Source: Planctomycetota bacterium
GTDB taxonomy: Bacteria; Planctomycetota; UBA1135; UBA2386
Direction of reading: 5' to 3'
Length of the DNA stretch: 64,000 nt
Assembly (NCBI GenBank): GCA_020851075.1
Contig: JADZDL010000020.1
Coordinates: 10,171 to 74,170, forward strand
The notes beneath the pieces were generated by a model, which saw nothing but the letters and a program-made list of their open reading frames with translations, did no database searches and was not told the DNA's origin. Shown here one piece after another: positions 29,347 through 40,080 of the stretch. The position numbers and the translations under genes were made by a program. Numbering within the stretch: position 1 is the first letter of the stretch; each line of letters opens with the position of its first letter.

Positions 29347-30051
29347 ATGAGCGAACCTGTCCTGCGCGTCTCCGTGCGTTGCTTCGCCTCGGTGCGCGAG
29401 GTCCTTGGCGCCGAGGTCCTGGCCGTCGAGGTCGCCGCCGGCACGACCGTTGAAGGGCTGCGCCAGCTGCTTGGCAAGCGGGAGCCGAGGTTGCTGCGCC
29501 TGCCGCTGGCATTCGCGGTGAACCGCGACTACGCGCGGGCCGAGACCGTGCTGGCGGAGGGGGATGAGATCGCCTTCATCCCGCCGATCAGCGGTGGGTC
29601 GGGCAGCGCGGAGTTGTACCGCTTTGAACTCTGCCAGGGGCCGATCGACCCGCGGCGGCTCGAAGCCGAATGCCGGACCGATGCCGATGGCGCCGTGGTG
29701 ACCTTTTCCGGCACGACGCGCAACCACAACGACGGCGCGGCGGTTGTCTCGCTCGCGTACGAGGCCTACCCGGAGATGGCCCAGAAGGTCATGTGCACGC
29801 TGTTCGAAGCGGCCCTCAAACGCTTCCCGATCACGCGCGCGCGGGTGGTGCATCGGCTCGGCGAAGTGCCGGTCGGCGAAGCCTGCGTGGTCGTCACCGT
29901 GGCGTCCCCGCATCGTGGCCCGGCCTTCGATGCCTGCCGCTTCCTCATGGATCGCATCAAGAACGAGGTGCCGATCTGGAAGCGCGAACAGCTGCGCGAC
30001 GGCGAGCAGGTGCGCTGGGTTGGCGACCTGCCGCGGCCGTCCACCGATTGA
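29347..30051 (+). CDS. MoaD-MoaE fusion (molybdopterin synthase sulfur-carrier + catalytic subunit)
   Basis: The N-terminal ~83 aa are a ThiS/MoaD fold ending IPPISGG. This continues through SGSAE into MoaE (VVTFSGTTRNH, LAYEAYPEMA, HRGPAFDACRFLMDRIKNEVPIWKRE). Confidence 0.85.
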   Translation: MSEPVLRVSVRCFASVREVLGAEVLAVEVAAGTTVEGLRQLLGKREPRLLRLPLAFAVNRDYARAETVLAEGDEIAFIPPISGGSGSAELYRFELCQGPIDPRRLEAECRTDADGAVVTFSGTTRNHNDGAAVVSLAYEAYPEMAQKVMCTLFEAALKRFPITRARVVHRLGEVPVGEACVVVTVASPHRGPAFDACRFLMDRIKNEVPIWKREQLRDGEQVRWVGDLPRPSTD

Positions 30052-30105
30052 ACGGCCGGATGTGCGGTGGTGTCGATCGTGGTGTAACGCTACAACCGCG
30101 GTTCG

Positions 30106-31602
30106 ATGATGATCCGCCATGTACCGGTCGCGGCCGCGAGCCGCGGTGATCTCGTGTTTGTTCTCGCCACCGAGGAGCAGTCGCTCGAGTGTGCACCGGC
30201 GCTGGCCGCCGCGGTCGAAGCGGCGCACGCGACGGGGGACCAGAAGCTCACGTTCCGCAGCGCGAGTGTGTTCCACCAGCCTGCGAAACAGGCCTGCAAG
30301 CGGCTGGGGTTCGTCGGGCTCGGTCCAGTGGCGAAGGTCGACACCGAACGGCTGCGGCGCGCGGCGGCCGTGGCGCAGGCCAAAGCCGCCGAAGTCGGCG
30401 TGGCAGCGTTTGCGCTGCAGATCGGCGCCGCGAGCCTTGGCGAAGTGACGCCGGAAGCGGCCGGCATGGCGATCGCCGAAGGCCTCGCGCTCGGCGCCTA
30501 TCGTTACCAGCCACCGAGCAAGGAGCGCAGCAAGGAGGGCAAGGCCACGGCGTGTCAGGTGGCGTTGCACGGAGGCAACAAAGCCGCCGAAGCGGCGTTT
30601 GCGAACGGACTCCACCTGGGCCAGATCGCCGCTGCAGCGACGGTGTTTGCGCGCGATCTCGAGAACCAACCGTCCAACCTCTGCACGCCGACCGCCCTCG
30701 CCAAGGCCGCGCAACGGCTCGCTGGGGGCCGCATTCGCTGCAAGGTGCTGGATAGCGCCGCCATGCAGAAACTCGGCATGGGCGCGTTGCTCGGGGTTGC
30801 GGCCGGCAGTTCGCAGCCGCCAAAGTTCATCGTGCTCGAATACCGCGTGCCGAAGGCGAAGACCAACGTCTGCGTGGTCGGCAAGGGGCTCACGTTTGAC
30901 ACCGGCGGCATCAGCATCAAACCAGCCGCCAAGATGGACGAGATGCGCTACGACATGTGTGGCGCTGGCGCCGTGCTCGGCTTCTTCCATGCGCTGAAGC
31001 ACGGGGGCCTCGGCAAGCATGCGCCCAAACACAATCTCATCGGCCTCATCGCGGCGACCGAGAACGCGATCGGCCCGAGCGCGCAGAAGCCCGGCGACGT
31101 GGTCACCGCGATGGACGGCCACACGATCGAAGTGCTCAACACCGACGCCGAAGGCCGCCTCGTGCTCGCCGACGCGATCTGCTACGGCAAGAAGTTCTAC
31201 GCGCCAAAGCAGATCGTCGATCTCGCGACGCTGACCGGCGCCGTCGTCACAGCTCTCGGCCACGAAATGGCGGGCATCATGGGCAACGACCAGAAGGTCC
31301 TCGACGCGCTGATCGCCGCCGGCAAGCAGGCCGACGAGCCGCTCTGGCAACTGCCGCTGTGGGATTGCCACAAGGAGCAGATGAAGAGCAAGTTTGCCGA
31401 CCTCGGCAATATCAACGGCGGCCAGTACGGCAACGGCTCGACTGCGGGTGGTGCGTTCCTGTCCTACTTCGTCGGCGATACGCCGTGGGCGCACCTCGAT
31501 ATCGCAGGCGCTGCCTACGGTGGCATCGCCAAGGACTACTACAAGGGTGGTGCGGCCGGCACGGCGGTGCGCACGCTGCTGCACTGGGCGCGTTCGCTCT
31601 GA
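30106..31602 (+). CDS. pepA: leucyl aminopeptidase (M17)
   Basis: 498 aa with [24 protein letters not shown] and HLDIAG motifs. Confidence 0.9.
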   Translation: MMIRHVPVAAASRGDLVFVLATEEQSLECAPALAAAVEAAHATGDQKLTFRSASVFHQPAKQACKRLGFVGLGPVAKVDTERLRRAAAVAQAKAAEVGVAAFALQIGAASLGEVTPEAAGMAIAEGLALGAYRYQPPSKERSKEGKATACQVALHGGNKAAEAAFANGLHLGQIAAAATVFARDLENQPSNLCTPTALAKAAQRLAGGRIRCKVLDSAAMQKLGMGALLGVAAGSSQPPKFIVLEYRVPKAKTNVCVVGKGLTFDTGGISIKPAAKMDEMRYDMCGAGAVLGFFHALKHGGLGKHAPKHNLIGLIAATENAIGPSAQKPGDVVTAMDGHTIEVLNTDAEGRLVLADAICYGKKFYAPKQIVDLATLTGAVVTALGHEMAGIMGNDQKVLDALIAAGKQADEPLWQLPLWDCHKEQMKSKFADLGNINGGQYGNGSTAGGAFLSYFVGDTPWAHLDIAGAAYGGIAKDYYKGGAAGTAVRTLLHWARSL

Positions 31603-31649
31603 GCGCCCGCCGATTCGCCACGTCCTCCAAGCTCCTCCCGACTCCGACC

Positions 31650-33593
<1,944 letters not shown>

Positions 33594-33598
33594 GGCCG

Positions 33599-34153
33599 AT
33601 GGCCGCTCCGGCAGCCAAGGCACCCGTCGCAGGACACATCGAACTGCGCCTGCGCGAGCTCAACCAGCTGTTTGATTCGTTCGATCCAGCACCGTTCCAC
33701 GAGAAGGACCTCGACCGCGATGCCGAGGAGTACATCGTGAGCTGGGCGCGCGAGTTTGCGCCGGCGATGCCGCTCGTGTTCCGGCTGCATCTGCCCGAAG
33801 ACCAGCGGCGTCTGGAACCGGAACGCACCGTGAAGCAAGCGATCGCGAACTACTTCAAGTATCGCGCAGATCTCGCGCGGCTCGAAGTGCGGCGGACGCT
33901 GCAGGAAGGCCGCCGCAGCCTGCTCGTCGGCGTGGTGTTCCTCGCGGTCTGCATGTTTGCCCGGGAGATGTTGCGGCTCTACGAGCCGATGGAGTGGATG
34001 CGCTTTCCGGAAGAGGGTCTGCTGATCCTCGGCTGGGTCGCGATGTGGCGGCCGATCGAGTTGCTGCTCTATGACTGGTGGGGCCCACTGCGCAAACGCC
34101 GCACGTACGAGAACCTCAGCCGCATGCGCGTCGAAGTTGTCTATTCGGCATGA
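33599..34153 (+). CDS. hypothetical membrane protein (2 TM)
   Basis: 184 aa from ATG 33599, 5 nt after the acs stop. Soluble N-terminal half, then two hydrophobic helices. Confidence 0.55.
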   Translation: MAAPAAKAPVAGHIELRLRELNQLFDSFDPAPFHEKDLDRDAEEYIVSWAREFAPAMPLVFRLHLPEDQRRLEPERTVKQAIANYFKYRADLARLEVRRTLQEGRRSLLVGVVFLAVCMFAREMLRLYEPMEWMRFPEEGLLILGWVAMWRPIELLLYDWWGPLRKRRTYENLSRMRVEVVYSA

Positions 34154-34316
34154 GGTCGGCGCCCTGCGCCCGCCAGGCGGCAGGTGCGGGAGCGGTATCG
34201 GTTTTGTATCCCTGATTGCAGGGGCTCCGCAGCCTTGGGTTCCTGGCTACCGTTGCCGGCCGGTTGCCCAGCTAACCGTTGCCCAGCCAATCGTTGCGCT
34301 GCCAAGGAGATTGCCC

Positions 34317-35543
34317 ATGAACATCATTCCCCGCGCCTTCGTTCCCGTGTTGCTCGCCCAGGCACTCGTCTGCCAGGCCGGCTGGTCGGTTCCCGCCGCT
34401 GAGCCAAACCTCAACAGCACCGCCGCGGACAGTGGCGTGAATCTGTCGTACGACGGACTCACGCTCTACTTCTCGTCGTTCCGTTCCGGCAATTGGGAGA
34501 TCTGGTCGAGCACACGCTCGGGGCCCGGCGGAGCGTGGTCCTCGCCGGTGCAGGAGACGGGGCTTGGTGGGCCAGACACCGAAGACCAACCGTGCATCGA
34601 CGTCACGGGTTTGGAGATGCTCTTCAGCAGCACGCGCGCGGGCGGCGCGGGCAGCAGCGACCTCTGGCGCAGCACGCGCGCAACGCCGAGCAGCCCCTGG
34701 AACACGCCTGTGCCGGTCAGTGAACTCAACAGCAGCGTCGCTGACAGCGCGCCGAGCCTGACGGCCGATGGCCTCGAGGTCTTTTTCTACAGCACCGGTT
34801 GGGGCAATCCGTCGGGCAACAACAACTCGCTGTTCACGGCCACACGCGCGAGCACGGCCCTGCCGTTTGGTACGCCACAGCTCGTCGTGGAGTTCTCCAA
34901 CTCCAACACACATCGGGACTGTGATATCGCCGCCGACGGGCTGTCGATCGTGTTCACGGAGTTCGTATCACCGCGCTTGAAGGTCCTCTACTCCGAACGG
35001 CTGAGCCGCACTTCGCCGTGGGCACCGCCCGTGGTCTGGACCGAGTTTGACACGGTGGGCGCGAGCCTCGGCGTGTATTCGTTCACGCGCTCGGCGGCCG
35101 GCAACGAGGCGCTGCTCGCGGCGGGGTTCCCGACCTCGGCGGGTGGTCAGGAGATCCTCAGCACGGCGTTTACGGGGCTCACGCACGCCGGCGCGGCGGG
35201 TTTCGGGTCGGTGATGACGATCTACTACCGCGATCCGCTGAATGCGGGGCAGCCTTTCGCGCTGGGCGCGGCGCTGGGCAATACGGGTTTTGCGCTCGGC
35301 GCGCGCATCGTGCCGCTCGATCCCGATTGGCTGTTGCTCGGCACGTTTGGCACGTCGGTGCCTGGGTACACGAGCGGGTGGGGTGGCGTGCTCGGTGCGG
35401 GCGGCGAAGCGACGGCATCCTTGACCAACCTCTCGCCAGCCTTCGTCGGCTTGTCGTTCTGGGTGGGTGGGCTCACGTGGGACAACAGCCAGCCGTTTGG
35501 CGTTGGCACGATCGCCAATGCGTTCCAGGTGCAGTTCCAGTGA
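34317..35543 (+). CDS. secreted TolB-like (PD40/WD40-like) repeat protein with divergent shared C-terminal module
   Basis: 408 aa from ATG 34317, preceded by AAGGAG. Signal peptide MNIIPRAFVPVLLAQALVCQA. Repeats of the type DGLTLYFSSFRSGNWEIWSSTR and GLEMLFSSTRAGGAGSSDLWRSTR. Confidence 0.7.
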   Translation: MNIIPRAFVPVLLAQALVCQAGWSVPAAEPNLNSTAADSGVNLSYDGLTLYFSSFRSGNWEIWSSTRSGPGGAWSSPVQETGLGGPDTEDQPCIDVTGLEMLFSSTRAGGAGSSDLWRSTRATPSSPWNTPVPVSELNSSVADSAPSLTADGLEVFFYSTGWGNPSGNNNSLFTATRASTALPFGTPQLVVEFSNSNTHRDCDIAADGLSIVFTEFVSPRLKVLYSERLSRTSPWAPPVVWTEFDTVGASLGVYSFTRSAAGNEALLAAGFPTSAGGQEILSTAFTGLTHAGAAGFGSVMTIYYRDPLNAGQPFALGAALGNTGFALGARIVPLDPDWLLLGTFGTSVPGYTSGWGGVLGAGGEATASLTNLSPAFVGLSFWVGGLTWDNSQPFGVGTIANAFQVQFQ

Positions 35544-35575
35544 GTCGATGATGGGCAGGCCTTCGAAGTCGAGCG

Positions 35576-38089
35576 TCACTTCCTGGTGAGCTTCTCTCGC
35601 CACTGCGCCGCCTCTTCGTCGCGGCCCCAGGCCAGAAAGAGGTCCGCCGTCATCTGCCAGTTCGAACGGGTGCGCTGGTCGGTGGGGCCGAGCGTCGTCT
35701 CGAGCACGGCCCGGGCGGCAGCCAAGGCCTGCGCGGCTTCGTCGTAGCGGCCTAGTTTTCGCAACACGAGGCCACGATGTTGGCGGAACACCGCGAGGCG
35801 CCAATGGTCGGCGGGCAGGACCTGCTCGGCATCGGCGATCGTCGCAGTGAGCACTTGGAGCGCCTGTTCGATGCGTTCTTGCACGTCCTGCAAGTGCAGC
35901 GCTACGGCGAGATTGAAGCGCGTGATGAGGTCGGTCAGCTCCTTGCCGCCGCCGGCTCCCTGGCGCGCTTGCAGGATGCGCTCGTAGATCGCGACGGCTT
36001 CCGTGTATCGGTGCTGCCGTTCGTGGCAGAGCGCGAGATTGCTGTAGACGCGCAACGTGGCTGGGTGGGCGGGGCCCGACACGCGCGCTCGCACGACGGC
36101 GAGTTTCGCGAAGCGTTCGCGCGCCGCGTCGAACTCGCCGGTCTCGAACAGGAACACGGCGAACGTGTTCTCGCAGGACAACGTGGTCGGATCTTCGGCG
36201 CCGAGGTGTTCGGCGGCGAGGCCAGAGACCTCCGTGTAGAGCGCCGACGCTTCGGCGTCGCGCTGCAGCTTGTGCAGAACCGTCGCATGGCCCGTCATCG
36301 CGGTGATCGTCGTGTAGTGCTGCTTGCCGGGGGTGAGCGTCAGCACCGGCAGCGCCAGGCGGTAGAGCTCCTCAGCGCCCTGGTAGTCACCGCGGGCCGA
36401 CAACACGCTGGCGAGGTTGCCGCGCGCCGTCGCCGTGTCGCGATGGTCGGGCCCAGACCGCGCGAGGTGATCCCGCAGCACCTCGCGCAACATCGGCTCG
36501 GCTTCCTGCAGCTTGCCGATGCCCGCCAGCAGGTTCGCGTGTTGCGATTGTACGAGCAGGGCCGTGCGCGAACTGGCCGCAGCCCCGCTGGCCACGTGCT
36601 TCTTCGCGAGGAGAAACTGCTCGATCGCGGCCTCGGTGAGGCCGAGGCTGTCGAACGAAACGCCGAGGGCGGCATGCAGTTCGGCCGCGACCTGGTCCGC
36701 CAAGGTAAGGCCCGCGATGCGCTGGCGCGCCCGTTCGACGACGTCGGCGAGTTTTGCATTCCGATCGCCGCGCGCGCTGCCGAGAATCTCGGACTGCAAT
36801 TGCGTGACCTGCCACAGGTCCTCGGCGAGCTGTTCGGCCTGCCGACGTCGCCCTTCGGCCAGCGTTTCCGCCGCCCGCGCGTGTTGCCAGCCGATCGTGG
36901 TGCCGACGGTGCCCAGCAGGAGTGCCACCAGTGCCGAGCCTGCCGCGCCGACCGCGAGTCGATTGCGGCGCACGAACTTGCGCAGGCGGTAGGTGGCACT
37001 TGGTGGTCCCGCCAACACCGGCTCGCCGCGCTGCAAGCGCTGCAGGTCCTCGAGCAGGGCCTGCGCCGACGCGTAGCGGCGTTCAGGATCCTTGGCCATT
37101 GCCTTCTGCACGATCCAGTCGAGGTCGGCGGGCAATGCCCGCCCCTGGCTGCATTGCGACAGCCGCGGTGGCTCGCGGTGGCGAATCGCATCGGTGGCGG
37201 CCCCAAGCGGCAAGTCGCCGAGTTCGAGCGGCAGGCGGCCGGCAAGCAGCTGGAACAGCATCACCCCGAGCGCGTAGACATCGACGCGCGTATCGTTGGC
37301 GGCGCCCCCGGCATCGAGTTGCTCCGGGCTCATGTAGGCGAGCGTGCCGAGCACACTGCCCGACTCGTTGGTCATCGTGTTCTGCCACGAGGCCCCCTCG
37401 GCGCGGGCGATGCCGAAGTCGATGAGTTTGGGCTGGCCTTCGCCATCGACGAGTACGTTGGCGGGTTTGAGATCGCGGTGCACGACGCCGCGCTGGTGGC
37501 CGTGGTGCACGGCCTCGCAGACCTTGCCGAACAGTTCGAGCACGGCGCCCGGTTCGTCGCCGCGTTCGCGCGAGAAGGCGTCCAGCGGGCGCGCGCCGGG
37601 GATCAGTTCCATCGCAAAGTAGGGCTGCTGCGCGCCGCCGTCGGCAAACACTCCCGCTTCGTAGACCTGCGCAATGCCCGGGTGTTGCAGGCGCGCGAGG
37701 ATCTCAGCTTCGTATTCGAAACGCGCCCGTGCGCGTGGGCCGCCAAAACCATGACGCATCACCTTCAACGCCACGCGTCGCTGCGGGCGGGCCTGCTCCG
37801 CTTCATAGACCGTGCCCATGCCGCCGCTGCCGAGCACGCGCAGGATGCGCAGCGAACCGATGCTCTGGCCAAGCAGCCGTTCGCCGAGCGACGCTAGCGC
37901 CGGCAGCGCACCAGGCCCACGATCGAGCACGGGCGCCGCGGCGGCGTCGAGTTCGAGCAGGCGTTGTACCTCGGCGAGCAGTTCGGCATCCGCGCCACAT
38001 TCGGCAACGAGCCAGGCGGACCGTTGCGCCGCGGGCAGGTCGAGGGCCGCTTCGAACAACCGGCGAACGATCTGGAAGGAGTGCGGCAC
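35576..38089 (-). CDS. Ser/Thr protein kinase with TM segment and C-terminal TPR array
   Basis: Kinase motifs LGSGGMGTVYEA, HRDLKPANVLV, DFGIA, YMSPEQ. One TM (AVGAAGSALVALLLGTVGTTIGW). About 400 aa of TPR repeats. Confidence 0.9.
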   Translation of the reverse strand: MPHSFQIVRRLFEAALDLPAAQRSAWLVAECGADAELLAEVQRLLELDAAAAPVLDRGPGALPALASLGERLLGQSIGSLRILRVLGSGGMGTVYEAEQARPQRRVALKVMRHGFGGPRARARFEYEAEILARLQHPGIAQVYEAGVFADGGAQQPYFAMELIPGARPLDAFSRERGDEPGAVLELFGKVCEAVHHGHQRGVVHRDLKPANVLVDGEGQPKLIDFGIARAEGASWQNTMTNESGSVLGTLAYMSPEQLDAGGAANDTRVDVYALGVMLFQLLAGRLPLELGDLPLGAATDAIRHREPPRLSQCSQGRALPADLDWIVQKAMAKDPERRYASAQALLEDLQRLQRGEPVLAGPPSATYRLRKFVRRNRLAVGAAGSALVALLLGTVGTTIGWQHARAAETLAEGRRRQAEQLAEDLWQVTQLQSEILGSARGDRNAKLADVVERARQRIAGLTLADQVAAELHAALGVSFDSLGLTEAAIEQFLLAKKHVASGAAASSRTALLVQSQHANLLAGIGKLQEAEPMLREVLRDHLARSGPDHRDTATARGNLASVLSARGDYQGAEELYRLALPVLTLTPGKQHYTTITAMTGHATVLHKLQRDAEASALYTEVSGLAAEHLGAEDPTTLSCENTFAVFLFETGEFDAARERFAKLAVVRARVSGPAHPATLRVYSNLALCHERQHRYTEAVAIYERILQARQGAGGGKELTDLITRFNLAVALHLQDVQERIEQALQVLTATIADAEQVLPADHWRLAVFRQHRGLVLRKLGRYDEAAQALAAARAVLETTLGPTDQRTRSNWQMTADLFLAWGRDEEAAQWREKLTRK

Positions 38090-38142
38090 GCGGATTCAGG
38101 GCCGGTTTGGCGCTTGCAGAGACAGAAGGGGAAACGCGGACA

Positions 38143-38730
38143 TCATGCGCCGGGCGGCACTTCGCGCCGTTCCATCGCGCGTGCGAGGAAGGCGCGCGCG
38201 GTGCGCCAGCCGCGTTCGACGGAGCGCAGCGACAGGTCGAGGGTCTGCGCGATCTCGCGGTTGTCGAGTCCGCCGAAGAAGCGCAGTTCGACGAGCTGGG
38301 CCAGTTGCGCATCGGCGGCCGCGAGCTGGGCCAGCGTTTCGTCGACGAGGAGCAGGCCCTGGCTGTCGTCGGGTGCGGCGAAGGCCTGCGTGTCGAGGTC
38401 GACGCGCACGCCACCATCCCGCTTTTGCGAAGCCCGGGCGCGCGCGTGGTCGACGAGCACGTTCCGCATCGCTCGGGCGGCGGTGCGCAGGAAGTGCGCA
38501 CGATCGGCGTAGCTGGCGCCAGGTTCGACGAGGCGCACATAGGCTTCGTTGAGCAGGGCCGTCGCTTGCAGGGTATGGCCCGCACGTTCGCGATGCATGA
38601 GGCGGGCCGCGATGCGGTGCAACTCTTCGTAGACGAGCGGCATCAGTTGCGCGGCTGCCACGGCGTCCCCTGCCGAGAGCGCGCGCAGCAGGTGCGTCGT
38701 CTTCGTGCGGTCCGACTCCGGGGCGCTCAT
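38143..38730 (-). CDS. ECF sigma factor, ECF43/TIGR02999-like (kinase-associated type)
   Basis: 195 aa from ATG 38730. Motifs LMPLVYEELHRIAARLM..ERAGHTLQATALLNEAYVRL and LVELRFFGGLDNREIAQTLDLSLRSVERGW. Ends 53 nt upstream of the kinase. Confidence 0.85.
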   Translation of the reverse strand: MSAPESDRTKTTHLLRALSAGDAVAAAQLMPLVYEELHRIAARLMHRERAGHTLQATALLNEAYVRLVEPGASYADRAHFLRTAARAMRNVLVDHARARASQKRDGGVRVDLDTQAFAAPDDSQGLLLVDETLAQLAAADAQLAQLVELRFFGGLDNREIAQTLDLSLRSVERGWRTARAFLARAMERREVPPGA

Positions 38731-38822
38731 AGGCGGGATTGTGCCCCGCAATCGGCCCGCGTCACGGCCCTCCCCCCAGAACGGTTGGTGGGGGTGTCGC
38801 GACCGTGTTGGGCCAAAGCGCA

Positions 38823-39986
38823 TCATTGCCAGCTGTGCAGGCCCTCGGCGACCGCAGGCGTCGGGTCGCCGGACCAGGTGTGAGGAGGGTTGAGGCCGTA
38901 GTCACCCTGGTGCGCAAACGAGGTGGCGCGGAACGGCGGGTTGCTGACCGCGAACTCGCTCTGCGGCACGAGCAGCAGCAGGGTGTCGCCGCGCAGGATG
39001 GCGCGAGCACCGCTGGCGACGGTGGTGACCGCATTGCCGGCCCCAACTTGCTTGCAGGCCAGTTGCCAGCCGGTGGCCGGGGCGTAGGTGAGGTCGTACC
39101 AACGATCGGTGCCAGCGAAGAAGTCGTTCGGGAAACTCGCCGCCGGCACGTAGTTGTTGGCCGGATTGGTGTCGCTGTCCATCACGAATGCGTACTGGAA
39201 GCGTTGGGCCGGGTCCGCCGTTGGGATCGGCGCCTGCACGGACATCCAGAACGCGATGTAGTTGCCATCCTGCAGCGGCGACAACGGTGACGCGGGCACC
39301 GTGAAACCGTAGGGGCCAGCACCATCGGGGAAACTCACGCTGTCGTTGGCGTTCTGGAACATGCCCTGCAGTTCGAGCAGCGAGAAGTAGGCCACCATGG
39401 CGCCGAGCATGCGGATCTCGCTCAGCAGGGCGGGCAGGCGCGGTGGCACTGCGGCGGAACTGTGCAAGGCGAGCAACCCCACCGGGGACATCCAGGCGCT
39501 CAGGTACCAGAGCACGGCGAGCTGCGCGGAGCCGAGGTGCTGGCAGAGTTCGAGGCCGTTGCTCGCGGCGGCTTCATTGGTCCATGCCAGCGGGAACTCG
39601 CGCTCGGCGGTGCCAAGTTCGTAGCGAGCAAACACCGACAAGGACAGCACGGACGCCACTGCCAGCGTCGTGTACACCGCTACGCTGAGCTGCTGGCCAG
39701 GCGCGAGCACGGTTTCGCCGACGTCGGGCTCGTAGCCCGCCCCACTGCGCACGAAGAACCGGATGTCGCCGTTGGCCGTGCCGGCGGCAAGCGTATTGCG
39801 CAGCAGGATCGTGCCCAGCATGAGGCGGGTGGTGGCGTTGGGATCGAGCAGGACCCGGCCGCCGCCCGTCACCAGAGCGGCGACGATCGCCGGGATCTGG
39901 GCATCGGCAGTGCCGCCGCGGCTGCGATGGCAGCCAGGCAGGGTGAAGAAGGCGAGCAGGAGTAGGAGGGCGCGCGGGAGGTGCAT
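38823..39986 (-). CDS. putative lipoprotein, unknown function
   Basis: 387 aa with signal + lipobox MHLPRALLLLLAFFTLPGC. No recognisable domain. Confidence 0.6.
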   Translation of the reverse strand: MHLPRALLLLLAFFTLPGCHRSRGGTADAQIPAIVAALVTGGGRVLLDPNATTRLMLGTILLRNTLAAGTANGDIRFFVRSGAGYEPDVGETVLAPGQQLSVAVYTTLAVASVLSLSVFARYELGTAEREFPLAWTNEAAASNGLELCQHLGSAQLAVLWYLSAWMSPVGLLALHSSAAVPPRLPALLSEIRMLGAMVAYFSLLELQGMFQNANDSVSFPDGAGPYGFTVPASPLSPLQDGNYIAFWMSVQAPIPTADPAQRFQYAFVMDSDTNPANNYVPAASFPNDFFAGTDRWYDLTYAPATGWQLACKQVGAGNAVTTVASGARAILRGDTLLLLVPQSEFAVSNPPFRATSFAHQGDYGLNPPHTWSGDPTPAVAEGLHSWQ

Positions 39987-40080
39987 GCCCAGGAGGGCGA
40001 GAACTCGGCACCAGGACCGCCAGGAATCTCGGGGAATTGCCGAGGGGCCTGCGGACGGCGCCCGAATCGCCCGAATTGCC

